A stretch of 33,431 bases of DNA from a virus, in the IMG/VR virus record IMGVR_UViG_3300022659_000035. One strand, given 5' to 3'. Shown here one piece after another: positions 1-7,720 of this stretch (the stretch's first letter is position 1; the number at the start of each line of letters is the position of its first letter). The position numbers were made by a program, and so were the translations under genes. A model generated the notes under the pieces. It searched no databases and was not told the origin of the DNA. It saw nothing but the letters and a program-made list of their open reading frames with translations.

Positions 1-53
1 CCTATCCCCTGTGTGCCTTGGCAGTCTCAGCCTCTCTATGGGCAGTCGGTGAT
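1..53. other. Synthetic sequencing adaptor, not biological: 454 Titanium primer-B 30-mer followed by the 3' 23-mer of the SOLiD/Ion P1 adaptor
   Basis: 1-30 = CCTATCCCCTGTGTGCCTTGGCAGTCTCAG. 31-53 = CCTCTCTATGGGCAGTCGGTGAT. The exact reverse complement sits at 33379-33431. Confidence 0.9.
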
Positions 54-311
54 TCCCGGCGCAGCGCCTCAAACCGCAGCCGCTCCGCGTGGGCGCCCGC
101 TTTCGCACGCTCACCTCCCGCAGGTAGCGGTCCAGCGCATCACCCAGCGTCTTGCTCGGGTATTCCGCGCTCGCCTCCGCCAGAATGGCGCCTCCTCGGC
201 CAGCGCCCAGGCCTGCGCCGCCGCCTTCGTCGGGAACATCTGCGACTTGCGCACACCCTTGCGGGCCACCTGCGCCCGCCATCCGGTTTTGAGTTTGGTG
301 ATCGAAGCCAT
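54..311 (-). CDS. int: Tyrosine integrase, N-terminal fragment. The 3' part is lost at the adaptor boundary, and there are two apparent 1-nt frameshifts.
   Basis: ATG at 311 gives MASITKLKTGWRAQVARKGVRKSQMFPTKAAAQAWALAEEA. After single-base shifts near 187-192 and at TTT 101-103, the reading continues ILAEASAEYPSKTLGDALDRYLREVS and then AGAHAERLRFEALRR. This is a typical phage integrase N-terminus. Confidence 0.7.
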
Positions 312-389
312 CGCGTGGGTAAATTTTTGGCCCGCGTGGGGAAAAATGGGGAACGCGATTGTAAATCTCGGTGTTTTTGGGTGCTAGTG

Positions 390-467
390 TGCGCGACTCG
401 GCGCACCGCACAGGGCAACAAAAAAGCCCGAATCTCATAGAGAAACGGGCCTTAATGCGCGACTCGG
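390..467. repeat. Pair of 12-bp direct repeats (TGCGCGACTCGG) in the non-coding region next to int; candidate attP arm or Int-binding sites
   Basis: Identical 12-mers at 390-401 and 456-467. Each is part of a local hairpin: GTGCGC/GCGCAC and GCGACT/AGTCGC. A further hairpin, CAACCAT-TTTTG-ATGGTTG, lies at 485-503. Confidence 0.5.
421..450 (-). terminator. Possible intrinsic terminator after the lysis cluster
   Basis: Minus-strand stem GCCCG(450-446)/CGGGC(430-426) is followed by TTTTTTGTT. The 15-nt loop is long, so this is weak. Confidence 0.3.
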
Positions 468-628
468 TGAAAGTCGCTAGTTTTCAACCATTTTTGATGG
501 TTGGTGCGCGGGGGGTGCGTCGGCAATCGTTACAAATCAACCACTTGCACGCCAGATGGGGAAATCCTGGGGAACCACCACGAAAGCACGCAGCAACCCC
601 CTACCCGCACGAAACCCTGCATTGTAGA

Positions 629-811
629 TCAATCAATCCTAGGCACCGGCTCCCGATCCGCCTCGCCGCCGTACTCATCCAGTCGCCGCACCAGCTCATC
701 GCGGCGCTCGCGCTCCCGCCAGCGCAGCCGCTCTGCCGCCTGGCGCAGCGCCTTGCGGTTGCGCTCCATCTTCCAGTCGCCCAGGTCCTGGTCGTCGGTC
801 GGCCGCCTCAT
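629..811 (-). CDS. Hypothetical highly charged 60-aa protein, last ORF of the lysis cluster
   Basis: The start overlaps the stop of the upstream gene (ATGA). It has no TM segment and is Arg/Glu-rich. Confidence 0.4.
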   Translation of the reverse strand: MRRPTDDQDLGDWKMERNRKALRQAAERLRWRERERRDELVRRLDEYGGEADREPVPRID

Positions 812-1329
812 TTGCGTGGCCCCGCCAGCAACTCTGTCTTTTCGGCAGATCCACGCGAGCTGCCGAACTCAAACTGGTGGGCATCTCGCAGACACAATCC
901 AAAAATGCTCGCCACCGTACTGATAAGCGCAATCGCCTCCCCAGCCAGCCGGTCACTGTACAAGGCCAGCACCACCAGGCACACAATCAGCCCCAGCGCA
1001 TCCAGCGCCACCATCACATCCGCCCTCACATTGCGCCGGCCCGCCTGCACATAGGCCACGTCCCGGCCTCGCGCATCCTGTCGGTCGGCCAGGTACGCTC
1101 GTTCCATCTCCAGCTCAATCTCGGCCAATGCTTGACGGAATTGCAACACCAGCGCCGGGTCTGCCTGCATTGCCTCGATGGCTTGAGGGCCTTGGCGACC
1201 AGTCACCACCTCTGCCACATCGACCACCCGCTGCGCCACCTGCTCGGCCTTGTCGCTGCCACTCAACCAGCGCACCACAGAGGGCGCGAACTGCGCCAAG
1301 CCCATGGCCAGAGTGATCGGGTCCATCAT
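808..1329 (-). CDS. Holin-like membrane protein, GTA_holin_3TM (PF11351)-like
   Basis: 173 aa. The N-terminus MMDPITLAMGLAQFAPSVVRWLSG and the C-terminal hydrophobic segments are typical of that family. The start overlaps the endolysin stop. Confidence 0.7.
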   Translation of the reverse strand: MMDPITLAMGLAQFAPSVVRWLSGSDKAEQVAQRVVDVAEVVTGRQGPQAIEAMQADPALVLQFRQALAEIELEMERAYLADRQDARGRDVAYVQAGRRNVRADVMVALDALGLIVCLVVLALYSDRLAGEAIALISTVASIFGLCLRDAHQFEFGSSRGSAEKTELLAGPRK

Positions 1330-1802
1330 GCCTCCAGAAGGTCAGAGATGCGCCGTGCCCAGCCGCGCCCAAACGCGGGCCAGTTGGACAGCCCAGCCAT
1401 GAACCGCAGGCGTTGAGCCAGCAATCGGCGCAGCAAGACGTTGGGGCTTTGCGTCTTGACCGCCAGCAGGGTTTGCGGGCCAAACACACCGTCATCTTTT
1501 ACGCCAGCCGCCCGCTGGAGCCACAGAATCGCCTGACGCACCCCAGAGTTCACCGCCGCATCAAAAACGGCGTAGCGGACCTCTGCGGGCAGTTCATCGC
1601 CCCGGATCGGTCGCCAGTAGTCGCTCCAGTAGATCGACTTCGCCATGGGGATGGGAAGATCCCGCATGTCGCCCGTGTACCCATGCCTGCGGGCCACAGC
1701 TTGCGTGATCCCGTAGTTCGTCGCCCCACCGGGGTCGGAGGGGTGGTTCACAAAGCCACCCTCATGCTTCAGGACTTGCTCAAAGGCTTGCTCAAACACC
1801 AT
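1326..1802 (-). CDS. Endolysin, glycoside hydrolase family 108 with a PG_binding_3-like C-terminus
   Basis: 158 aa with the motif KHEGGFVNHPSDPGGATNYGIT. A GGAGG RBS lies 4-5 nt upstream of the ATG at 1802. Confidence 0.85.
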   Translation of the reverse strand: MVFEQAFEQVLKHEGGFVNHPSDPGGATNYGITQAVARRHGYTGDMRDLPIPMAKSIYWSDYWRPIRGDELPAEVRYAVFDAAVNSGVRQAILWLQRAAGVKDDGVFGPQTLLAVKTQSPNVLLRRLLAQRLRFMAGLSNWPAFGRGWARRISDLLEA

Positions 1803-1841
1803 ACAGCCTCCACCATAGATAGGGCCAAAGCAGATAGAAAA

Positions 1842-2249
1842 TCACGGCCTAACAACCACAACCGCAACCAATGCGGTAATCACAGTGCCGACAATCAGCC
1901 ACTGAACCCTCTCCACCCATTCTGTGGTTTTTTTCTGAATAGGCTCAGCCTTTTCCAGATTGGCCAGCCGAACTTCCAGCGTGGCACGTTGTAGCTGGTT
2001 TTCTTCTTTGGCCTTTTCCAAAGCTTTGGCAAACTCTGAGGTCAACCCATCAATGCGGGAGTGCGCCTTGTCCGTTGCTGCACTCAGCTTGTCCATTGTG
2101 ATTGCCGACTGAATCTGGCGCTCATCAATGATGGCCAGCTTGTGTATGGCGTTGGTCAACTCCTTGATTGCATCCTTTAAGTCCATATGGGACTCCTCAA
2201 TCGAGGAAATACGATGCTCAATCAGAGCGATGGTTTCAGATGTTGCCAT
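1842..2249 (-). CDS. Coiled-coil protein with a single C-terminal TM anchor, function unknown; possible lysis accessory
   Basis: I take the internal ATG at 2249, 1 nt after the upstream stop, as the start. The protein begins MATSETIALIEHRI and ends WLIVGTVITALVAVVVVRP. It lies in a lower-GC island. Confidence 0.6.
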   Translation of the reverse strand: MATSETIALIEHRISSIEESHMDLKDAIKELTNAIHKLAIIDERQIQSAITMDKLSAATDKAHSRIDGLTSEFAKALEKAKEENQLQRATLEVRLANLEKAEPIQKKTTEWVERVQWLIVGTVITALVAVVVVRP

Positions 2250-2250
2250 A

Positions 2251-2589
2251 TCAGATGTGATTGCCCGTGGGGTCGTAAGGATCAAGGATTGGCTCAAACC
2301 ATCCAGCCACTTTCCTGCGCCATCCTGTGCCCTTCATGTGCCGCTGGAGTCGTGCCGTCACCGTGGTTTCCCGGGGAATCTCCAACAGCACCAAGGTCAT
2401 CACACCGACATTCGCATTGAAGTCCAGCAGGTAGCCAATGAACAGCACCGGATACCCCAAAACCTTGCTCTGCCAGTTCAAACCGTCTTTGCGCTTGACC
2501 AGCCAAAGTTTCATCACTGCGAGGTAAAACACCCACAGCAGGAACATGGACGAAGCGGCATAGGCCAGATACCAGAGCACGTAATTCAT
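2251..2589 (-). CDS. Small integral membrane protein with about 2 TM segments, unknown function; candidate holin or moron
   Basis: 112 aa with hydrophobic segments [23 protein letters not shown] and [26 protein letters not shown] overlap with the upstream gene. Lower GC than the flanks. Confidence 0.65.
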   Translation of the reverse strand: MNYVLWYLAYAASSMFLLWVFYLAVMKLWLVKRKDGLNWQSKVLGYPVLFIGYLLDFNANVGVMTLVLLEIPRETTVTARLQRHMKGTGWRRKVAGWFEPILDPYDPTGNHI

Positions 2590-2978
2590 AGCTGCGATGC
2601 TTGAATGAACAACTCGTTTTTCTGCTCGTCCGTCAAACCCAAACCCTGCGCGAGTTGTTTGGTAAACGGGCTGTCACGGTCAACGGTCTGGGCGTATTCC
2701 CATTCAATCTCTGCCGCTTTGCGCTGGACTGGATCGGGAATCGAAGCGATTGCCGCATCCACATCGTCCAGCAACCCTGCATTTAGCAGGGCCAAACGGG
2801 CTTGGCGCATCGTCACGCTGGTGATAACAGGGACTGGAGGCGGATCAGCAGGCTCGGGCGTGTTGCCTTCTGCGAGCCACTGCTGGTATTGCTGCCAGTC
2901 GGTGTTGGCCGGGTCTGCCGGGATGCAAGCGTTGTCTGACAGACGGATGATGCTGGTGGTGTTGGTTAGCTTGTACAT
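2586..2978 (-). CDS. Hypothetical protein directly downstream of the tail fibre; possible fibre assembly or chaperone protein
   Basis: 130 aa, beginning [54 protein letters not shown]. The function is guessed from position only. Confidence 0.55.
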   Translation of the reverse strand: MYKLTNTTSIIRLSDNACIPADPANTDWQQYQQWLAEGNTPEPADPPPVPVITSVTMRQARLALLNAGLLDDVDAAIASIPDPVQRKAAEIEWEYAQTVDRDSPFTKQLAQGLGLTDEQKNELFIQASQL

Positions 2979-2987
2979 GGTCTGTCC

Positions 2988-3992
2988 TTAGAGTTCGCTG
3001 GAGGCCGTGTAACCTTGAACAATTTGACCTTGACCGGACGAGCTAACGGTTCCAGCAACGGTAAAACCATAATTCGAAGCAGTTATTTCTGGCCCTGTTG
3101 ACCAAGTGTTTGCAGGAGATCCAACATTTACAGTCGGAGCGGCCCGCATAGTTACAGGGAAAAGAAACGAGTTCGCCCTATTTGTCCCTGTATCGCTTTG
3201 TGGTACTCTCAAACCAAGTGTTGTCGTCTGGTAATACCGCTGGCACAACGCCAACTCAGTCCCATAAGGCCGATGCTCAAACGGTGTGGCGACAGTTCCA
3301 GGCTCCAACTGCACCAACCCAACAGTCCCTGAAGAGAAACGAACCGTGGCGTTGGTGTTGGCAGTCAGCGTGAAGGGTTCGCCCTTGGCCCGTGCAGTGC
3401 CGTTGACGGTTGCCGTAGCGGTCCCCGTCCAATTCAGCACATAGGTGCCGCCTTCGATGTTGATGCCCTCAATCACCTGCTCCAGACCGCCTGCTGGGGC
3501 AGTAACCAGATTGCCGTTGCCAGAGGCGGTGAAGGTGATGTTCTGGCCGGAGGTCACAACACGCCAACGATCCAATGTGTAGGTATTGGCTGCTCCCACG
3601 TTGGTGCCCGACACATAACCGCGCTGATTGACCTGGAAGTTGCCGTTGATGATCTTGTTGCGCATCCCGGCGAGTTGGCCCCCGTTCAGGCCAGGAACCA
3701 AAGGCGCAGAACTGAAGGTTTTGGTCCCGGCAATGGTTTCGTTGCCAGTCAGACTCACTTGAGTGGTGGTAGAGCCTGCAATCGGGCTGGAGAAGGTTTT
3801 GGTCCCGTCAATAGTCTGGTTACCTGTCAGCTTCACCACATCGGCATCGTTAGCCTTGGAATCACTGACCTGCTTGATGAACGCCGCATGGGTTCTCAAA
3901 TAGTCATCCACCAGTGCAGGGGACTCACTGCCTGCTGGACTGTTGAGGGATGGCGTGGTAGAAAGGTCTGAGATCGCGCTCGGGATGGGCAT
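2988..3992 (-). CDS. Tail fibre or receptor-binding protein
   Basis: 334 aa. It has a conserved fibre-type N-terminus, a duplicated LTGN(Q/E)TI(D/A)GTKTFSS unit, and a lower-GC C-terminal half. An AAGGAG RBS lies 7 nt upstream. Confidence 0.8.
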   Translation of the reverse strand: MPIPSAISDLSTTPSLNSPAGSESPALVDDYLRTHAAFIKQVSDSKANDADVVKLTGNQTIDGTKTFSSPIAGSTTTQVSLTGNETIAGTKTFSSAPLVPGLNGGQLAGMRNKIINGNFQVNQRGYVSGTNVGAANTYTLDRWRVVTSGQNITFTASGNGNLVTAPAGGLEQVIEGINIEGGTYVLNWTGTATATVNGTARAKGEPFTLTANTNATVRFSSGTVGLVQLEPGTVATPFEHRPYGTELALCQRYYQTTTLGLRVPQSDTGTNRANSFLFPVTMRAAPTVNVGSPANTWSTGPEITASNYGFTVAGTVSSSGQGQIVQGYTASSEL

Positions 3993-4024
3993 GGCATAAC
4001 TCCTTGCCCGTTACTGTCCATAGT

Positions 4025-4032
4025 GGTAAAGC
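4025..4032 (-). promoter_or_regulatory. GCTTTACC motif, copy 1
   Basis: Minus strand reads GCTTTACCACTATGGACA. There are 32 nt between the motif and the tail-fibre ATG, and it lies directly after a hairpin. Confidence 0.5.
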
Positions 4033-4050
4033 AAAGCCCCCGAAGGGGCT
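4028..4050 (-). terminator. Intrinsic terminator-like hairpin between the internal-virion genes and the tail fibre
   Basis: Minus strand reads AGCCCC-TTCG-GGGGCT followed by TTGCTTTA. The tail is only moderately U-rich. Confidence 0.45.
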
Positions 4051-4126
4051 GGAAAGGGAAGATATGACTGAAGATCAGTTTTGGCGTGTAGCCATTACCG
4101 GAGCCTCAATCCCGATTTGGGCGCTC

Positions 4127-5821
4127 TTATTGCAGAAGGCCGAGTCCTATCTGGCTGCCAAACGGAGCGAAACGGGGCGCAGCCTCCTGAATCGCCTGGC
4201 CTATCGCCTGGGCACCTTGTGGTCTCGCGCTCGCAGACCAGCTAAGTAGGTTCTGCATGGGTGTCGTGTAAAGCCCAAGCCCCAAAGCGCCGCCAGCAGC
4301 AGTCCAAGGGCTAATCATTCCAGCAGCACCGGCACCCACAGCACCCAACGGGCCAAGTGTCGTCAGCAGGCGTCCAGCCGTTCCACTGTCAGGCACGCGG
4401 TTACCCAAAACAGATGTACCGGCACCCGCCAAATCCTGCATCAAAGCCGATCCACGCGCCGTCGCCCGGTCACGCACCGATCTATCGGCCTGACGCACGG
4501 CAGTCATCAACTGTCCAGGCGTGAACACACCGCCCGACCCCTTCGCACCAACCGCCGCGCCTTCGACTCGCACCAAGTTTGCAAAGGCAGAGTCTGCGGC
4601 ACGCATGGCTTTGGCGGCTTCTGGGTTGGCCCGCATGGCGTTCTCACGAATGATGCGCTGCACCTCTTTCAGAGCGTCACCAAGGTTTTGCTGGTAAGCG
4701 TCTGAACTGCCGCTGTAACGCGCAATGTCCTTGCCCAGCTTGCTGTCCAGTTCCTTGAATGCTTCGGCAGTTAGACCCTTTTTGGTCTGGATGTACTCGC
4801 TGAAATAGTTGTTGAAAATCTTGCGCTCTGTGCCTTCCAATCCCTTGGTGGCCATCATCTTCAGATTGTTCAACTCGTTGCGGGCAGGCTGGTCAATGCG
4901 GAAAGCACCCATTTGCTGCTTGGCCGCTTCGTAGGCATCAGAGACCACATCACCGGCACGGGCCACGCCCGCCGTTCCAATGTCGTCCACCTGTTGCCCC
5001 AGAGGCTTGGTCACGCGGTTGAGTGCCGCTTTGTTGAACTCCTCCACCGCCCTGCGCCGCTGGTCAGCCACCGCATCGCCAATGAACGGCACGCTGGCGA
5101 GGCGCTCCTCAAGGGTGTTGGCACGACCACCCAGCGTCTGGCCAATCGTTGGGCGCACACCTGCGTCACGCAACATCTTCACATCCGGGTTGACCGATGC
5201 GCGAGGACTCACCACGGATGCAATGCCACGGGCAACCACCGGACCGGCAGCGCCACCAATGGCACCAATCTTGACCTGCTGGGCCTTGCCTTCCGCAAAA
5301 TCCCCTTCCGTGACAGGCGCAAGAGCAGCCGAGGCAGCGCCACCCGCAGCCCCCAACGCAGCCTGACGGGTCAAGGACGAAGCCAAAGGCACCGCACGCG
5401 CCAGCGCCACGTTGGCAGGACTCACCACGTTTCCAATCATCCGGTATCCATCAATGCCAGACTCTCCGGCAGCGGCACGGCGATATTGGTACTCAGACTC
5501 ACGCTCTCGGACTTGCTGATCGACTCCGCCTTCAGGCAAGCGAGGCACCAGGCCAGTTTTGTCGGCCAGCCAGTTGTTGAACTCATTGCCAGCACGCACC
5601 ACGCCTTCCGGCAGGATTTTGGTCAGCAGTTGAGCGCCACCGTGAATGGGGTCCGCCATCCCGGTTGTGATCTTTTCGGTCCTTGTCAACGGTCCTTTGG
5701 ACGCGCCAAGGTTCGGCAGTGCCTCTTGGATCATTGCCTGCGCCTGCTCGGGCGTGGTGCCCTCCGGCACCTCAAAGCGTGCAATGCGTCCATCAGGCAT
5801 CTCAAAACGGGCAACAGGCAT
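4127..5821 (-). CDS. Large virion protein, probably an internal or ejection protein
   Basis: 564 aa, starting MPVARFEMPDGRIARFEVPEGTTPEQAQAMIQE. Ala/Gly-rich. TAAGGAG RBS. The role is inferred from its position in the structural module. Confidence 0.7.
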   Translation of the reverse strand: MPVARFEMPDGRIARFEVPEGTTPEQAQAMIQEALPNLGASKGPLTRTEKITTGMADPIHGGAQLLTKILPEGVVRAGNEFNNWLADKTGLVPRLPEGGVDQQVRERESEYQYRRAAAGESGIDGYRMIGNVVSPANVALARAVPLASSLTRQAALGAAGGAASAALAPVTEGDFAEGKAQQVKIGAIGGAAGPVVARGIASVVSPRASVNPDVKMLRDAGVRPTIGQTLGGRANTLEERLASVPFIGDAVADQRRRAVEEFNKAALNRVTKPLGQQVDDIGTAGVARAGDVVSDAYEAAKQQMGAFRIDQPARNELNNLKMMATKGLEGTERKIFNNYFSEYIQTKKGLTAEAFKELDSKLGKDIARYSGSSDAYQQNLGDALKEVQRIIRENAMRANPEAAKAMRAADSAFANLVRVEGAAVGAKGSGGVFTPGQLMTAVRQADRSVRDRATARGSALMQDLAGAGTSVLGNRVPDSGTAGRLLTTLGPLGAVGAGAAGMISPWTAAGGALGLGLYTTPMQNLLSWSASARPQGAQAIGQAIQEAAPRFAPFGSQIGLGLLQ

Positions 5822-5830
5822 ATCTGCTCC

Positions 5831-7138
5831 TTACTGCTCAAAGCCGAGGAAACGAGCGCCAGCCGCCTTTGGTGCGGAAGGTGCGTTCGGGTTGGCGCGC
5901 ATGACGCTGGATTGCGGGAAAAGCGGGTTCTGCGCCGACCAAGCGGACAGCATGTTGTAGAAGCCCTCATCAATCGAGCCATTCCTGGTGCGGTACTCAC
6001 GCGCCAACCGGGCCACGTCCTGGTCGCGCTGGGCCAGTTTGCGAGCCGTATCCAACATGAGTTTCCGACCTTGCGGCGTTGTTGTCAGGCCAGGGACCAT
6101 AGAAACCAGGAACTGACGGTCTGCGTCAGACATTGCACCAGGCATACCAGCACCGCCAGAGGGGTTGCGAAGCTCCAGAGCGATTTCGCCGGACAGTGCT
6201 TGCGCCGCCTCTTTGTTTGGCAGGCTTGGATCAATCTTGATACCAAGACTTTCGGCGGTTTTGGCAACCTCCACGCCAAACGGAGTGAATTTGCCGGTAC
6301 TGACGCCTTCCAACAAAGAACCCAGCCGGTCGTAACGATTGAGTTTGGAGGAGGCGTTCATTCCCGCCTTCTGAATGTCGGCATAAGAGCCGCCAAAGAA
6401 CTCGCCAACCGTTTTGGCTTCTGCGCCTTCCTGCTTGTTGATGACAGTTTGGCTGGAGGCTCCGGCACGTTTCAGTGCGGCTTGGTAGTCGAAGAACGAT
6501 CCCGTGAAGCCCTGAGACTGCGCCAATTGGTAGCCGCGAATCTCTGCCGGGGTAGCCTCTTTCTTTTCTGGACCCTGAGCAACCACCCGCCCTTGGCCGT
6601 CGTACCGAACCTGACCCTCGCCCAACGTAAAAGCCTCGGCCTCCTTGGGGAACAACTGGCGTTCCAGCATCTTGTCCGCAAACGGGCTGTCAGGGCTCAT
6701 CAAATGGGCCTGCAAGGCGTTCTGATCGGGTCCGTAGGAGATATTCAACGGGGTGCGCAGGTCGGCCAACTTCTGCACGCCAAAGTCGCCAAACTCGGCG
6801 TTCTCGGCTGCGATCTGGTTGGTCACTGCATCGGTGCCTTGCAGTTTGGGTTGCATCAGGGCGGGCAGTTGGGTGCGCCATGCTTGTTGGCGCTTCTGCT
6901 GTTCCGCTTGCTGACGGAGTTGATCCATCTGCAAGGCGCGGTATTCCTGCTGGAAGGCGTTGTCCTTGGCCTGTTGCTCACGCTCCATGGCATTGGAGTA
7001 CCCCAGCAGACCCGCAATCCCACCTCGACCGAGGCTATTTATAGGCTGACCGCGCCTCGCATTGGCAGCATAACCAAATATCCCAGAAAGCAGCCCTTGG
7101 CCCTCGGGAGTCTTTACAAAATCCAGCAAACCGTTCAT
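5831..7138 (-). CDS. Virion protein, probably an internal or ejection protein
   Basis: 435 aa with a Gly-rich hydrophobic N-terminus (MNGLLDFVKTPEGQGLLSGIFGY) and a Gln-rich coiled region. AAGGAG RBS. Confidence 0.7.
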   Translation of the reverse strand: MNGLLDFVKTPEGQGLLSGIFGYAANARRGQPINSLGRGGIAGLLGYSNAMEREQQAKDNAFQQEYRALQMDQLRQQAEQQKRQQAWRTQLPALMQPKLQGTDAVTNQIAAENAEFGDFGVQKLADLRTPLNISYGPDQNALQAHLMSPDSPFADKMLERQLFPKEAEAFTLGEGQVRYDGQGRVVAQGPEKKEATPAEIRGYQLAQSQGFTGSFFDYQAALKRAGASSQTVINKQEGAEAKTVGEFFGGSYADIQKAGMNASSKLNRYDRLGSLLEGVSTGKFTPFGVEVAKTAESLGIKIDPSLPNKEAAQALSGEIALELRNPSGGAGMPGAMSDADRQFLVSMVPGLTTTPQGRKLMLDTARKLAQRDQDVARLAREYRTRNGSIDEGFYNMLSAWSAQNPLFPQSSVMRANPNAPSAPKAAGARFLGFEQ

Positions 7139-7147
7139 AGCTACTCC

Positions 7148-7636
7148 TTACATCGTGCACCCAATGTGCACTTCTCTTTTCTTTGCAACATAGGCTGCGT
7201 GCGCTTCCTCTGGCGTTGCGTATGTGCCGACATAGATCATTTTTCTGTTCAGTTTGACCCGCGCCCTGAAGCTATTGCCCCGCCGAATCACGCCGAGATA
7301 GCCACACTGGTTGTCCTTTTGTGGGCCGGCACGGTTTTGTGCATTGATGGCTTGAGGAACATCTCTCAGGTTTGCAAGGCGGTTGTCTGTCGTCACATGG
7401 TTAATGTGATCCATGACGCCAAGCGGCCAATGTCCGTGAACCCACATCCAGATCAGGCGCTGGTTTTGATACAGCTTCCCATTCAATCTGGTAACCAAGT
7501 AGCCGTGGACATTGAGACACCCAACCACGGCACCTTTAGGGCCGCGCGACCCTCTGGTGACAAGTCGACTCAACTCTCCCGTTTCCGGGTTGTAGTCAAA
7601 CAACTTCCGCAGCAACTCTTGCGTGACCGGCTTCAT
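7148..7636 (-). mobile_element. Free-standing HNH homing endonuclease (HNH_3 plus AP2-like DNA-binding domain), copy 1
   Basis: 162 aa with HGYLVTRLNGKLYQNQRLIWMWVHG, DHINHVTTDNRLANLR and an AP2-like GYLGV..FRARV..YVGTYATPEEAHAAY. GC is clearly lower than in the flanking structural genes. Confidence 0.85.
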
Positions 7637-7639
7637 ATG

Positions 7640-7720
7640 TCACCCCAGCAGCCCACGGCGGGCCATGCGTTTCTGTTGCAGTTGCGCCACTTGCCCATTG
7701 CCAAGCAAACCTTGCATCAT
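7640..7720 (-). CDS. Possible 26-aa ORF between a virion gene and the HNH insertion
   Basis: MMQGLLGNGQVAQLQQKRMARRGLLG. ATGA overlap with the upstream stop, and its own stop lies 3 nt before the HNH ATG. It could be a remnant. Confidence 0.25.
   Translation of the reverse strand: MMQGLLGNGQVAQLQQKRMARRGLLG

Noticed and set aside
502-530. TGGTGCGCGGGGGGTGCGTCGG, which resembles the reverse complement of a tRNA 3' end (..CACCA) and hints at a tRNA-derived att core
   Set aside because: When I folded it by hand, the would-be T-stem strands do not pair and there is no TTCRANY-type T-loop. It cannot be supported as a tRNA fragment.
371-1054. Plus-strand ORFs across the att region and lysis cluster (371..1054, 501..923 and 877..1416)
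   Set aside because: They have no RBS and low-complexity products. They overlap the well-supported minus-strand holin-like gene or a hairpin-rich non-coding region.
2988-3992. A diversity-generating retroelement targeting the tail fibre
   Set aside because: The window has no reverse transcriptase gene. I could not find a template repeat matching the fibre 3' end.
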